A stretch of 64,000 bases of DNA from Ostreococcus lucimarinus (lineage: Eukaryota), in assembly GCA_000092065.1 (NCBI GenBank), contig CP000596.1; one strand, 5' to 3'. Position 1 is the stretch's first letter; every line of letters starts with the position of its first letter. Under the pieces are notes generated by a model, which was not told where the DNA came from, searched no databases, and saw nothing but the letters and a program-made list of their open reading frames with translations. A program made the position numbers and the translations under genes. Positions 1 to 11,328 of this stretch are shown here, one piece after another.

Positions 1-1206
1 TTGCGTTCGAAGGACGCCGTGTCGCACTGCGTGCAGCTTTTCAACTTGTGCTATCCAGTCGACGCCGACGGTGTGACGCAAATCAACACTCGCGATCTCG
101 GTTTGATTCTCGAAGCGATTTCGTTGACGAAAAATCCCAGTCTGCAGCAAGAACTCGTCGGCGGCGGCGTCATGTCGTGCTTTCAAAAGTGCATCAACGT
201 CCTCGGCGGTCCGACTGCGTCCGCGGCGCACGCCGCGCTTCAGCGCAAGATTTTGAAAATCTTGATGGATTTGATGCTTCATTTCAAAGAGTTTGTCATC
301 ACTCGCATCGGTGAAACGAGAACAGCGGCGGGGACGCTGATGCAAGCCATCGGCGACTTGCGCGTGGCGAACGACACGCCGTTGATGAAGCTGGCGCGAG
401 ATTTCGAGTACAAGTACATCGGCACCGGCGTCATGGGACCGATGCCCGAACGTCCGCGCGCGCAGCCTCCGCAGCAGCAGCTTCGTCGAAATGACTCGGG
501 TTCGGGGTCGGGCGCCGGTTGGGGGATGCGATCTCCATCCACCGGTTCTTTGAATCGCTACGGGAGTTCGCCCGCGGGATCGATGTTCAACGGTAGCGCG
601 CCGCCGCGAAGCGCGATGTCCGGCGGTCGAGGCGGCTTTAACGGTAGCGCGCCGCCAAGAAGCGCCATGTCCAGCGGCGGTATTCGAGGCGGCGGCTACG
701 GTGGTGGCTACGGTGCGCCGCCGCAGCAGCAATCGAGCCTGTCGCAAGCGATGCGTCCGCAATCGCAAGCGTACCCGCCGCAACAGCGCGACGGCGGTTG
801 GGGACCTCCGCCCGCCGCCGCTCCGCCGCACTCGTCGTACGACGACGGTCGAGGGATAAAACGCGCGCGCGACGAACCGCTTCGCCAGCCTCAACGACCA
901 CGCGCCACCGCGAGTAAGCCTTTGCTCACGCAACCGCTCCCGGCGCAATTCGAAGATCCGCGATCAGAGCTCTTCGCCGACGCCGTCACCGCCTTCGTGA
1001 CGATGGAAGTCGAAGACCTCCGCGCGCCGAGCCACCCTTTGCACGATCCACGAGCAAACTACGACCGCCTCACCCAACGCTGGGCGCTCGAGGCGCTGGA
1101 AAACGAGCACGCGCAGTGGAACCAAAGCGACGCCCGGCCGCTCCCGGTGTCGCAAGTCCGCGAGCGCGTCGTCTCGCACGTCAGATCCGCCGCCCGCGCC
1201 TCCTGA
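1..1206 (+). CDS. 3' (C-terminal) fragment of a gene that starts upstream of the window; structured region followed by a Gly/Ser/Pro/Gln-rich low-complexity tail; product unknown
   Basis: ORF is open from base 1 to TGA at 1204-1206. Codon composition looks coding. It contains a 60-nt tandem duplication at ~571-690 encoding 'FNGSAPPRSAMS' twice. No family recognised. Confidence 0.4.
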   Translation: MRSKDAVSHCVQLFNLCYPVDADGVTQINTRDLGLILEAISLTKNPSLQQELVGGGVMSCFQKCINVLGGPTASAAHAALQRKILKILMDLMLHFKEFVITRIGETRTAAGTLMQAIGDLRVANDTPLMKLARDFEYKYIGTGVMGPMPERPRAQPPQQQLRRNDSGSGSGAGWGMRSPSTGSLNRYGSSPAGSMFNGSAPPRSAMSGGRGGFNGSAPPRSAMSSGGIRGGGYGGGYGAPPQQQSSLSQAMRPQSQAYPPQQRDGGWGPPPAAAPPHSSYDDGRGIKRARDEPLRQPQRPRATASKPLLTQPLPAQFEDPRSELFADAVTAFVTMEVEDLRAPSHPLHDPRANYDRLTQRWALEALENEHAQWNQSDARPLPVSQVRERVVSHVRSAARAS

Positions 1207-1349
1207 TCCCGATCCACGCCGACCGAATCGAAAGAATTGAATTGATGAATAGACTTGAATCGACGACGCGTCCGTCTCGTTCGCGCCCACCGTCCCTCGC
1301 CTCGCGTTCGTCTCGCTCGCCGCGCTCGCCCCACTCGGCGACTCGCGCC

Positions 1350-1931
1350 ATGTCCGCCGCGCCGCGTCGCGCCCCCGATCCTCCCGCGCTTCGCGCGCGC
1401 GCGCGCTCGACGCGACACCGCGACGCTCGATGCCGCGCCGCCGTCGTCCGTCGCACGGGCGAGGACGAACCGACGCAAACGCCCGGCGTCGTCCGTCGCG
1501 CCTTCGCCGTCGACCTCGGCGGTCCGACCCCCGCCGCCGTCGCGCTCGCGTTCCCGGACGCCACCGACGCGGTGTGCTTCGAACTCACGCGCCCGCTCGG
1601 CGTCGTCTTCGAGCAGCGGCTCAGCGGCGCGACGACGGAGATTTTCGTGGACGAGGTCGTGGAGAACGGCGCGGCGGCGAAAGCCGGCGTCGAGCGGGGC
1701 GACGTCTTGCGCCTGTGCACCGCGGTGTTCGAAGTCAGCGCGCCCGTGGACGTCACGACGTGGTTGAATCCACCGGCGAAGCGCAAGGTGAAGGCGTACT
1801 ACGAGTGCGACGCGAAACCGTTCGATTCAGTGATGGACGCGCTGGCGTCGCACGGCGTCCAAATCGACACGCCGAACGGAAAGGAGGACGTCAAATTCGT
1901 GGGGTTGGTGCTTCAACGCGCGCGCGCGTAG
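1350..1931 (+). CDS. Small PDZ-domain-like protein with an Arg/Ala/Ser-rich N-terminal (probable organellar targeting) peptide
   Basis: ATG at 1350 lies in the frame of ORF 1116..1931. The C-terminal half (GVVFEQR...IFVDEVVENGAAAKAGVERGDVLRL) resembles a PDZ fold. Assignment is weak. Confidence 0.4.
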   Translation: MSAAPRRAPDPPALRARARSTRHRDARCRAAVVRRTGEDEPTQTPGVVRRAFAVDLGGPTPAAVALAFPDATDAVCFELTRPLGVVFEQRLSGATTEIFVDEVVENGAAAKAGVERGDVLRLCTAVFEVSAPVDVTTWLNPPAKRKVKAYYECDAKPFDSVMDALASHGVQIDTPNGKEDVKFVGLVLQRARA

Positions 1932-2101
1932 CGTCGCCGTGGATTTATTGAGAGTGTGGATGCGTGGACGCGCGAACGTGTGGATCGGATGCGCGCGCGC
2001 GCGAAATTAGAGCGCGATTGTAAACGACGAGCGTCGAACATCGAGGCGAGGCGCCGCGAGCGTCACACGCCGACGCATCCCACGTCCCCTCGAGCGCGCG
2101 C

Positions 2102-4700
2102 ATGCCTCGCGTCATCGAACTCGACGACGATGAAATAATAGATCGTCAATCGAGCGCGGTTTCGGCGTCCACGACGGCGTCCACGCGTCGCGAGACGGTC
2201 GTTTTCGATGAAGATTTCGACGATGAGAGTGACGCCGAACGACCGAACCTTTACGCGATTCTCGGCGTCGACAGCGCGGCGACGACGTCAGAGATCACGC
2301 GCGCGTACAGGTCTATCGCCATTAAACACCATCCCGATCGCCGACGGGGACGAGCGAACCCGACGGGGCAGGATGACGGGGATGAAAAGTTTGTGGAGGC
2401 GCAGGCGGCTTACGAGATTTTAAAAGACGACGCGAAGCGAGAATTTTACGACGCCGGGGGATCGATGGCGGAGATGGTGCGTCGCGCGACGTGATTGTGA
2501 TCATTTTGAGTGACTGACTGATGCGTTTCGGTGCACGTAGGACGTGGACGTGGAGGAGTACGTGGACGCGTTTAGAGCGTTGTTTGAGGAAAGATTCGGC
2601 GGCGAGGACGTCGCGGCGCTGACGAGAGGGATGTCCACGGAGGAGCTCGAGGCGATGCCCCCGTTTCCGTTTCCAAAGTTTTTGTTTCCGAAAGGAACGT
2701 TTCCAGACGGTTTGAGGTTCGACGAGTCGTCGTTCACGGCGCCGCCGAAGGTCAAGGCGTTCGTCGACGAACACGGAGAGGACGCGTTAGCCGCGCTCGC
2801 GAGCGAGTTAGCGGCGAAGGCTGCGAAGAACCGCGGCGCGGGGGGCGAAACACTGACCAGGGGAGGATTGAGCGAGGAAGAAGAGTTGCGCGCGTTCATC
2901 ATGGACGCCATGAAGGATGAGCTTGACGGCTTGCAGTTTCCCGAAGGTGAAGACATGGACGAAGCCATGGCGCGCTTGATGGAGTCGATGCAAGATTTCG
3001 CGGGTGGCATCAATGGTTTAGGACGCGATTACGGCGACATTTCAGACGACGAGGATGGGGAATTCGGCTACGGCTCACCGAGCTACGGCTCGCCGAGCTA
3101 TGGTTCCCCGCGTTTTGGAGGACGGCGTTCGAGTGGCGTCGCGAGCGACGATTCCGAGCGTTCGTACACGCACACGTCTGCATTGGAGGTGCGACGTTGG
3201 TTGGACGCAGCCAAGGCGGGAGATTTGATCACCATGCAAATACTTCATAAAGAACAGCCTTCGTTGGTGCACGAGCGCTCGAGCGGTGTCGGACACACCG
3301 CCGCGCACTGGGCGGCGGCGAAGGGACACGTCGGCGCGTTGACGTGGTTGCTCGACGCGTGCTCGTTTGATCCCAATTTTTCCAACGCATGCGGTGCCAC
3401 GGCGTTACACTCGGCGGCGGCGAATGGTCAGGAAACGTGCGCAGCCCTACTCGTCGCGCGCGGCGCGCGAACAGATAAGGTGGATGAAATTGGCGAGTCG
3501 CCGTGTGATGTCGCCATACGAATGCAGCGAAGCGGCAAACTCATCGACATACTCGGCGGAGACACCGCGAGAACTGGCGTGTTTTGTGGCGTATGCGAAG
3601 AACTGCCGGTCGTACAAGAAGAAGATGAAATCCCAGCCATCGAGCTCGACAAGGATGCACAACGACGTTGGCTCGGCGCAGCCAAGGCGGGAGATTTGGG
3701 TGTCATGCGCACGATTCTCGATGCAGACGAGAACTTACTATACGCGAACGGTGATGGCACAAACTATGGTTTTTCTGGGAACACCGCCATGCACTGGGCT
3801 GCTTCGAAGAACCACGTCGAATGCATTCGTTGGTTGTACGCTCGCGGTATGGATCCGAACGTCATAAACAAGGGCGACAGCACGCCGGCGCACTCAGCGG
3901 CTGGTTCTGGTGCGCTTGAGGCGCTTCGCACTCTTGTGCACGAGTGTGGTGCCGATGTCGATCGCGCAAACGACGTGGACGAGCGACCGATTGATATTGC
4001 GACGCATCGAGGGTACCATGACGTCGTCACTTTGCTGAAAACTGGTGCCGCGCTCGAAACGTTGCGTGAAGAATTTCTTCGCCAAGGTTCGTACACGATC
4101 AAACGCGCCAAAGGTGTCCTGGACTCGTTCGCCGCAAACGATGCCTCGTGTCGTGGACTGGGCGAAAAGTCGGAAATTGTCGCCAAGATTCAGTCGTACG
4201 TGGACGCACTTCCCGTGAGAATTGAACGCAAGTGCGTCGCGCCGAAACCGCAGTTGCGTGGCGCCGTCACCGCGCCCGAACCTGTGGACGAAATCGTCAC
4301 CCGGAAAGCGAGAGATCGCGCGAACGAGCTGCTCGCTGCGCAAGATTTCACGGCCGCCATCGCATCGTACTCTATGGCCATACGACTTGATCGCGCAAAC
4401 GCCGCGCTGTTTTGCGAACGAAGCGCCGCCAACCTCGGCGCGGGCAAGATTGAAGACGCCCTCGCGGATGCCAAAACCGCGGTCAAGCTCGATGCGCGCC
4501 TAGGAATCGCGTACGCAGCACAAGCGGCTGCGCTCAGCGCCGCGAGTCTCCACGCCGAGGCCGTAAAGGTGTGTCGCGCCGGGTTACTTGAAGACGCCGA
4601 GTGCGACGCCTTGCGAACGCAAATCGTCGCGAGCGAGCGCGCCATCGCGGATGATCGCGCGAGGTACGAAAAAATGTGGGGCGACGAAAGAAAGGTTTAG
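2102..4700 (+). CDS. J-domain (DnaJ) - ankyrin-repeat - TPR protein; proposed structure join(2102..2476,2541..4700)
   Basis: Exon 1 has a J-domain with the HPD motif (LYAILGV...YRSIAIKHHPDR...EILKDDAKREFYD). A 64-nt intron GTGCGT...CACGTAG (2477..2540) would put ORF 2544..4700 in frame; the ORF track 'starts' that ORF at GTG, which fits an internal exon. Exon 2 has at least two ankyrin repeats (TAAHWAAAKGHVGALTWLL; GNTAMHWAASKNHVECIRWLYARG) and C-terminal TPR-like helices. Confidence 0.55.
2477..2540 (+). other. Predicted spliceosomal intron (64 nt, GTGCGT...TAG) in the J-domain gene
   Basis: The donor GTGCGT follows a complete Met codon. The acceptor ...CACGTAG restores the frame of the downstream ORF. 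Confidence 0.5.
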
Positions 4701-4736
4701 GGTAATTCAATTCATCAACTATCCCTCAACTATCCA

Positions 4737-5819
4737 GTGAGCTATCATCGACTCATCACCGCTCGACCGCCTGCTCCCGCGCCGTTCGCCCGCGTCGCCG
4801 CAGAGCGCGCCAACCCGATCGCCGCCCTCATGCTCACCGACCCGATGACGTCCAAACCGTCGTCTGTGATGCAGTCGCAGACGCAGATGACGAGGATCGC
4901 CATGTGCGTCGTCGGCGTCGTCGGTTCTCTCATCGTCTACGGCATCTTGCAAGAACGGATCATGACGAGACCGTACGGGGTCGAGAGCGAATACTTCAAA
5001 TACAGCGTCTTCTTAGTGCTGAGTAACCGCGTGCTGAGCGCGTCGCTCGCGGCGGCGATCCTGGCGTACACGAAAGGGATGGTGCAACCGGCGGCGCCGA
5101 TTTGGAAGTATGCGGGGGTGAGCGCGAGCAACGTGCTGGCGACGACGTGCCAATACGAAGCGCTGCGATACGTGTCGTTCCCGGTGCAAACGCTCGGAAA
5201 GTGCGCGAAGATGATACCGGTGATGATTTGGGGATATTTCATCAATCAGCGACGGTATACACTGAACGATTACGTCATAGCGTCGTGCGTCACGCTCGGT
5301 TGTACCATTTTCGCGTTGTACGGCGATTTGACGCACAAGCACAGCGCCAAGAGTTCGAACACCAGCGCGAAAGGATTGATGTTAATGTTAGGCTATCTCG
5401 GTTTCGACGGATTCACGAGCACGTTTCAGGATAAGCTGTTCAAAGGATACCAAATGGAGACGTACAATCAAATGTTGTACGTCAACGGAGTCAGCGCGTG
5501 CCTCTCCGTCGCCTGGCTCTTATCCGACGGCGCGATTTGGCAGGCCCTGGAGTTCATCGCCCGTCACCCCGCGGTGTTATCCGATATCATCACTCTGTCA
5601 TTGAGTTCGATGTTCGGTCAGCTCTGCATCCTGTACACCATCAAAGAGTTCGGCGCGTTGCTCTTCGCCGCCATCATGACGACGCGACAGCTACTCAGCA
5701 TTCTTCTCAGCTGCGTGTTATTCCTCCATCCACTGACGTGGCAGCAATGGTGTGGCACCGCCTTAGTTTTCTCCGCGCTCTACGCCCAGGCGTATTTGAA
5801 GAACGCGCAGCCGCGTTAG
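4737..5819 (+). CDS. UAA-family nucleotide-sugar transporter (SLC35B-like, multi-pass membrane protein)
   Basis: About 10 predicted TM helices. The motif LGKCAKMIPVMIWG is typical of UAA/SLC35B transporters. The true start may be the internal Met near 4830. Confidence 0.6.
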   Translation: MSYHRLITARPPAPAPFARVAAERANPIAALMLTDPMTSKPSSVMQSQTQMTRIAMCVVGVVGSLIVYGILQERIMTRPYGVESEYFKYSVFLVLSNRVLSASLAAAILAYTKGMVQPAAPIWKYAGVSASNVLATTCQYEALRYVSFPVQTLGKCAKMIPVMIWGYFINQRRYTLNDYVIASCVTLGCTIFALYGDLTHKHSAKSSNTSAKGLMLMLGYLGFDGFTSTFQDKLFKGYQMETYNQMLYVNGVSACLSVAWLLSDGAIWQALEFIARHPAVLSDIITLSLSSMFGQLCILYTIKEFGALLFAAIMTTRQLLSILLSCVLFLHPLTWQQWCGTALVFSALYAQAYLKNAQPR

Positions 5820-6427
5820 CCCGTTTCTTTCGCGCGCGCGCGAGCGGCGAGTCACCGATTCAAATCTCCATCCTTCACCGCTTGTCCGAACACCCATATG
5901 TTACATACAATGCTAGTATCAGATTCATACACAATACCGTTTATTCCAACCCATCCAGACCGACCGCGTTATCCGACGACGTCACACGCGCGCGCGTCAT
6001 GACGTCCGCCTCGCACGCGCGATGCGCGCTCAGCGCCCAGCTCACCGCGAGAAGACACGCGAGAGGTGCGTCGATGCGACCGCGACGCGACCGCGACGCG
6101 CGCGCGACGACGGCGACGCGCGCGCGCGGCGAAGACGATGGGATCGTTCGCCGGACGCGCTGGCGGACGCGGGACGGCGACCGCGCGGCGCGCGCGACGC
6201 GCGAGACGGCGACCGCGACCGCGCGGACGCGCGAGACGCGATTCGCGAACGACGCGCGACGCGCGCGCGCGGACCGGACGACGCGCGGACGAGGACGGGC
6301 GAGAGCGGGGAGACGCGAGGGATCGCGAGACGGCGCGAAGACGCGGACGACCCGGACGAAAGCGAGGGGTCGACGAGCGATGCGAGATGACTGACGAATG
6401 ATGCGATGGTCGTTTTGAACGCGCGCA

Positions 6428-7537
6428 GTGTCCACGACGCAAACGGTGGCGATGCCGAGAATGGGGACGAAGACGCGAAGCATCACGGCGCCGGGGGTGA
6501 TCGAGCTCGGGGACGAGAACAACGACGCGGTGGTTTGGAAGAGACTCGGACAAGAAGGCGTCGATAAGGCGGTCGAGTTGTGGAGTTCGGTGAACAGTGA
6601 GGCGGCGGCGGCGGCAAAAGGGGCGTGGGCCGGCGTGAAGCCCGCGCACAAGGTTTTCCTTTCGGATATTTTGGCGAGTCCGAAGCGCAACGCGTTTTTG
6701 AGAAAGTGGATTCCGACGGATATCACGTACGTCAGTTTCATCGGAGTCATGCACCTCGGGTGCCTGCTCGCGCCGTTTACTTTCACCTGGGGAGCGTTCA
6801 AGTGCTTCTTGGCGATGTATTTCATCACTGGTTGCCTCGGTATCACGCTGAGCTATCACAGGCAGATTGCGCACAAGTCGTTCCGCACGCCCAAGTGGCT
6901 CGAGTACGCGCTCGCGTACTGCGGTGCGTTGGCCATGCAAGGTGACCCGTTGGAGTGGGCGTCGAGCCACCGTTACCACCACCAGCACTGCGACACGCCC
7001 AAAGACCCGCACACGCCGTACGAAGGCTTCTGGTGGTCGCACGCCGGATGGTTGTTGGATAACGAGGCGACCATCGAGCGCGTGGGGGATCGCTCGAACG
7101 CCCAAGAGCTCGCGGCGCAGCCGTTCTACCGCTTCATGGAGAAGACGTACATCTGGCATATCGCCGCGTCCGCCGCTGTGTTGTTCGCCCTCGGCGGTTT
7201 GCCGTGGCTCGTTTGGGGTTTCTGCGTGCGCACCGTGTGGGTGTGGCACATCACTTGGGCGGTGAACTCGGTGGCGCACTGCTGGGGTTCGCAAGAGTTC
7301 AACACGGGTGATTTGTCTCGCAACAATTGGCTCATAGGTATCTTGGCGTACGGTGAAGGCTGGCACAACAACCATCACGCCTTCGAATTTAGCGCTCGCC
7401 ACGGATTACGTTGGTGGCAAATTGATATGACTTGGATGGTCATCAGCGTGTTGAAGTTCTTCCGCTTGGCGGATAAGGTGAAACTCCCGAAGGAGGCGCA
7501 GATGGAACGCATGCGTTTCCAGCCAACCCAAGCCTAA
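6428..7537 (+). CDS. Δ9-type acyl-lipid/acyl-CoA fatty-acid desaturase (ADS/FAD5/DesC family)
   Basis: Three His boxes are present: HRQIAH, HRYHHQH and WHNNHHAF. There are four TM segments. It is a single ORF. Confidence 0.8.
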   Translation: MSTTQTVAMPRMGTKTRSITAPGVIELGDENNDAVVWKRLGQEGVDKAVELWSSVNSEAAAAAKGAWAGVKPAHKVFLSDILASPKRNAFLRKWIPTDITYVSFIGVMHLGCLLAPFTFTWGAFKCFLAMYFITGCLGITLSYHRQIAHKSFRTPKWLEYALAYCGALAMQGDPLEWASSHRYHHQHCDTPKDPHTPYEGFWWSHAGWLLDNEATIERVGDRSNAQELAAQPFYRFMEKTYIWHIAASAAVLFALGGLPWLVWGFCVRTVWVWHITWAVNSVAHCWGSQEFNTGDLSRNNWLIGILAYGEGWHNNHHAFEFSARHGLRWWQIDMTWMVISVLKFFRLADKVKLPKEAQMERMRFQPTQA

Positions 7538-7774
7538 GGAGTCAGCAATGGATACTACAATAAAACGGTTTTATTCACAGCCGCGACGACGACGCGCCGC
7601 TCGCTTCGTCGATCGCTCGCCACCGACTTCATTCTTCACTCCAGCAGTTTAAAAAGTAAAAAAAGTACAGGAGATTTCCAGCAGCTGCTCTTCGCGACTC
7701 CGAGCGGATGAAAGTTCCGCGCCTTATTCTTACACGAGGATCATCGATTGACTAAGACCATTTTTTATCACAAA

Positions 7775-8596
7775 TCACTTTCCTCGACCACCGCGCGCGC
7801 CTCGGCGCCCACCGCCTCGGCGCCCGCCGCCACGCCCGCCGCGCACGTGAGCCTTGCTCGATAAATCGCGCGCCAAGCCGTCGATCGACGCATCGTGTGC
7901 TAATTCTAATTCTAACGCCTCGTCATCTATGACCGCCCCCGGCGTCGGCTCGAATCGCCACAAATCCACGGCGATTTCCACCGACTTTTCCCTGTGGTGC
8001 CCGTACGTCGCCGGCAAGTCGTACTTCAACTGCGCCAACACCTCCGCCTCGCGCGCGTGAAACCTTGTCTTCGCCACTTTCTCTATGTGCGCCCTCGTCG
8101 ACGTCTTGTGTAAGCTATAAATCGCCCCATCCGCAATCTTAAACGCCGCGCGGAGAAACGCCACGTCGGCGCCGCCGCGCCACGCGCCGAACGGCGGATT
8201 CATCAACACCGTGTCGCACCTCTTCCCCCCCCGCCCCATCCGTCGTCCACCGAGCGTCCAACTCCCATCGATCACGTCCCCGCACACCAGTTCCACCTCC
8301 AGCGCCGGTTCAAACGCTCGCAAGTTCTCCGCGCACCGCGTCAGCGCGTCCTCGTCCACGTCCACCCCCACCACCACCGCCGCGTCGCACAGCGTCGCCG
8401 CGACGCTCAGGATCCCCGTCCCGCACCCTAAATCCACGACGAACTTCCCCTCGACGTCCCCTCGCGCGCGCGCGCCGTGCAGCACGCCCGCGGCGAGCGC
8501 GGCGTTCGTCGGGTACTGCTCGAGTCGCTGTTTCGGCGTCGCGAACGTCTCGTCCACGTTGGCGCTCAGCGCGCTCTCGAGCTGACGCGCGCGCAT
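7775..8596 (-). CDS. METTL5-like SAM-dependent N6-adenine methyltransferase (rRNA m6A MTase family)
   Basis: N-terminal LEQYPT, the DLGCGTG SAM-binding motif and the NPPFG catalytic motif are present. There is a C-terminal RGG tail. Confidence 0.7.
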   Translation of the reverse strand: MRARQLESALSANVDETFATPKQRLEQYPTNAALAAGVLHGARARGDVEGKFVVDLGCGTGILSVAATLCDAAVVVGVDVDEDALTRCAENLRAFEPALEVELVCGDVIDGSWTLGGRRMGRGGKRCDTVLMNPPFGAWRGGADVAFLRAAFKIADGAIYSLHKTSTRAHIEKVAKTRFHAREAEVLAQLKYDLPATYGHHREKSVEIAVDLWRFEPTPGAVIDDEALELELAHDASIDGLARDLSSKAHVRGGRGGGRRGGGRRGARGGRGK

Positions 8597-8827
8597 CGCG
8601 CGTCACCGCGTCGCCCCGGCGTCGCGCCGCGCGCGCGTCGCGTCGCGTCGCCGCGCGTCCGCGTCTCGCGCGCCGGTCGGTCGGCGCGCGCGGGCGGCGC
8701 GGTCGGTCGCACACGCATTCAGTCAGACACCACATACACCACACACCACACATGGGCGCACACTTCATAATATACGTCACGCGTATCGTGATAGTCTTAA
8801 TCACATCCACAATGCGTTGACTCGCAC

Positions 8828-8841
8828 GTATATCGATATAC
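8828..8841. promoter_or_regulatory. Perfect 14-bp palindrome GTATATCGATATAC in the AT-richer core of the METTL5/HSP70 divergent promoter
   Basis: Read directly from the sequence, ~110 bp upstream of the HSP70 ATG, in an AT-rich island (8711-8860) within otherwise GC-rich DNA. Confidence 0.35.
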
Positions 8842-8947
8842 CGATTCCGACGCCGCGCGCCGTCGCGTCGCGTCGCGTCGCGTCGCCGCGGCGCGCCGGC
8901 GCGCCGGCGCGAAGGCGCGGCGTCGGCACAACTTTACGCGCGAGAAA

Positions 8948-10623
8948 CATGAGCAAGGCCGAGGGACCGGCCATCGGCATCGATTTGGGCACGACGTATT
9001 CATGCGTCGGCGTCTGGCAACACGACAGGTGCGACGCGCGACGCGACGCGACGCCACGGCGACGATCGCATCGCGCGCGGACGGCGCGCGATGGGCGTTT
9101 CGGCGATGCGCGGCGAACGATCGCGGCGCGGGCGCGCGCGATTCGACGCGAACGACGACGGTGACGCGATGGGACGCGAGAAGGAAATATGCGCGAGCGA
9201 ACGGCGGCGCGGGCGCGGGCGACGCGCGGTCGCGCGCGACGGGAGACGCGAGATCGGCGCGCGCCGTCGACACCATCTTTCGAAGCTTCTTGGACGTTCT
9301 CGCGGCTTCGGAGGGCCGTGTGTTGAATTGTATGACGCGGCGAGACGCGCGCGACGTCGGACGTCGGGGGGGGGTCGGGCGATCGCGCGAGGGCGCGCGA
9401 GAGCGCGAGAGCGAAGACTGACGAATGTGTGACGCGTGTGTCTCGTTTGACGCAGGGTGGAGATCATCGCGAACGACCAGGGGGCGCGAACGACGCCGTC
9501 GTACGTGGCGTTTACGGATAGCGAACGCCTGATCGGGGACTCGGCGAAGAATCAAACCGCGATGAACCCGATGAACACGGTTTTCGACGCGAAGCGTTTG
9601 ATTGGACGCAAGTTTTCTGAACCGCAAGTGCAAGCGGACATCAAGGATTGGTCGTTCAAGGTCGAAGCCGGCGAGGCGGACAAGCCGATGATCGTCGTCG
9701 AGTTTCACGGCGAGAAGAAGAAGTTTTCCGCGGAGGAGATTTCTTCCATGGTGCTCGTCAAGATGAAGGAAGTCGCGGAGGCTTACCTCGGTAAGGACAT
9801 TAAGAACGCTGTCGTCACCGTGCCGGCGTACTTCAACGATTCTCAGCGTCAGGCGACCAAGGATGCCGCCGTCATCTCTGGTTTGAACTGCTTGCGCATC
9901 ATCAACGAACCGACCGCCGCGGCGATCGCTTACGGTCTGGACAAGCGCCACGAAGCCAACGGCGCTGAGAAGAACGTTTTGATCTTCGATCTCGGTGGAG
10001 GTACCTTCGATGTGTCTTTGTTGACCATCGAAGAAGGCATCTTCGAAGTCAAGGCGACGGCTGGCGACACGCACTTGGGCGGCGAAGATTTCGACGCTCG
10101 CTTGTTGCAGCACTTCATCGCTGAATTCAAGCGCAAGAACAAGAAGGACATCACGGGCAACCCGAAGGCACTCCGTCGTCTCCGATCTGCTTGCGAACGC
10201 GCCAAGCGTACCTTGTCTTCCACGGCGCAAACGTCCATCGAAATCGATTCCTTGTTCGAAGGCGTCGACTTCTACACTTCCATCACCCGCGCTCGCTTCG
10301 AAGAGCTCTGCATGGATTTGTTCCGCAAGTGCATGGACCCGGTCGAAAAGACGCTTCGCGATGCGAAGATGGACAAGTCGCAAGTTCACGAGGTCGTCCT
10401 CGTCGGCGGATCCACGCGCATCCCCAAGGTGCAACAGCTCTTGTCCGATTTCTTCAACGGCAAGGATTTGTGCAAGTCCATTAACCCCGATGAAGCCGTC
10501 GCCTACGGTGCGGCCGTCCAAGCCGCTATTTTGTCCGGCGAAGGCAACGAAAAGGTGCAAGACTTGCTCTTGCTCGACGTTTCCCCGCTCTCCATGGGTC
10601 TCGAAACCGTCGGCGGCGTGATG

Positions 10624-10655
<32 letters not shown>

Positions 10656-10824
10656 GACAAAGAAGGAACAAGTGTTCTCCACTTACTCCGACAACCAGCC
10701 GGGTGTGTTGATCCAAGTCTTCGAAGGCGAACGCTCCCGTACGCGCGACAACCACTTGTTGGGCAAGTTCGAGCTCTCCGGCATTCCGCCGGCGCCGCGC
10801 GGCGTCCCGCAAATTAACGTTTGC

Positions 10825-10856
<32 letters not shown>

Positions 10857-11328
10857 GTCCGCCGAAGACAAGGGCTCTGGCCAAAAGAACAAGATTACCA
10901 TTACCAACGACAAGGGTCGCTTGAGCAAGGAGGACATCGAGCGCATGGTCCAAGACGCGGAGAAGTACAAGGCTGAGGACGAGGAGCACAAGAAGAAGAT
11001 CGAAGCCAAGAACGCCGTCGAGAACTACGCGTACAACATGCGCAACACCATGAACGACACCAACGTCGGTGGCAAGTTGGATGCGGACGACAAGAAGACG
11101 ATCGAAGACGCCGTCGAGGCCGCGATCACTTGGTTGGACGGTAACCAAACCGCCGAAGTGGACGAGTTCGAGGACAAGCTCAAGGAATTGGAGGGTGTGT
11201 GCAACCCGATCATCAGCAAGATGTACCAAAACGCTAGCGGTGCTCCGGGCGCCGACATGGGTGGTGCTCCGGGTGCTGAAGATGCCGGTGGTGCCTCCTC
11301 TGGCCCGAAGATTGAGGAAGTCGATTAA
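8948..11328 (+). CDS. HSP70: Cytosolic heat-shock protein 70 (HSP70/HSC70), join(8948..9027,9456..11328)
   Basis: Exon 1 encodes [26 protein letters not shown](R). Intron 9028..9455 runs GTGCGAC...TTTGACGCAG. Exon 2 continues VEIIANDQG... and covers the full NBD/SBD, ending GPKIEEVD*. The 26-codon first exon is too short to be listed in the ORF track. Confidence 0.9.
9028..9455 (+). other. HSP70 intron (428 nt), unusually long for this locus and rich in (GCGAC)n/(GACGC)n tracts
   Basis: GT at 9028-9029 and AG at 9454-9455. The split Arg codon AG|G is restored. The intron contains 'gcgacgcgcgacgcgacgcgacgccacgg' and related repeats. Confidence 0.8.

Noticed and set aside
5969-7402. 477-aa minus-strand ORF, together with the 122- and 111-aa plus-strand ORFs at 6022-6401
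   Set aside because: It is antisense to or overlapping the Δ9 desaturase gene and its T-depleted upstream tract. The poly-Arg/Ala/Asp translations have no recognisable fold. Treated as GC-rich frame artefacts.
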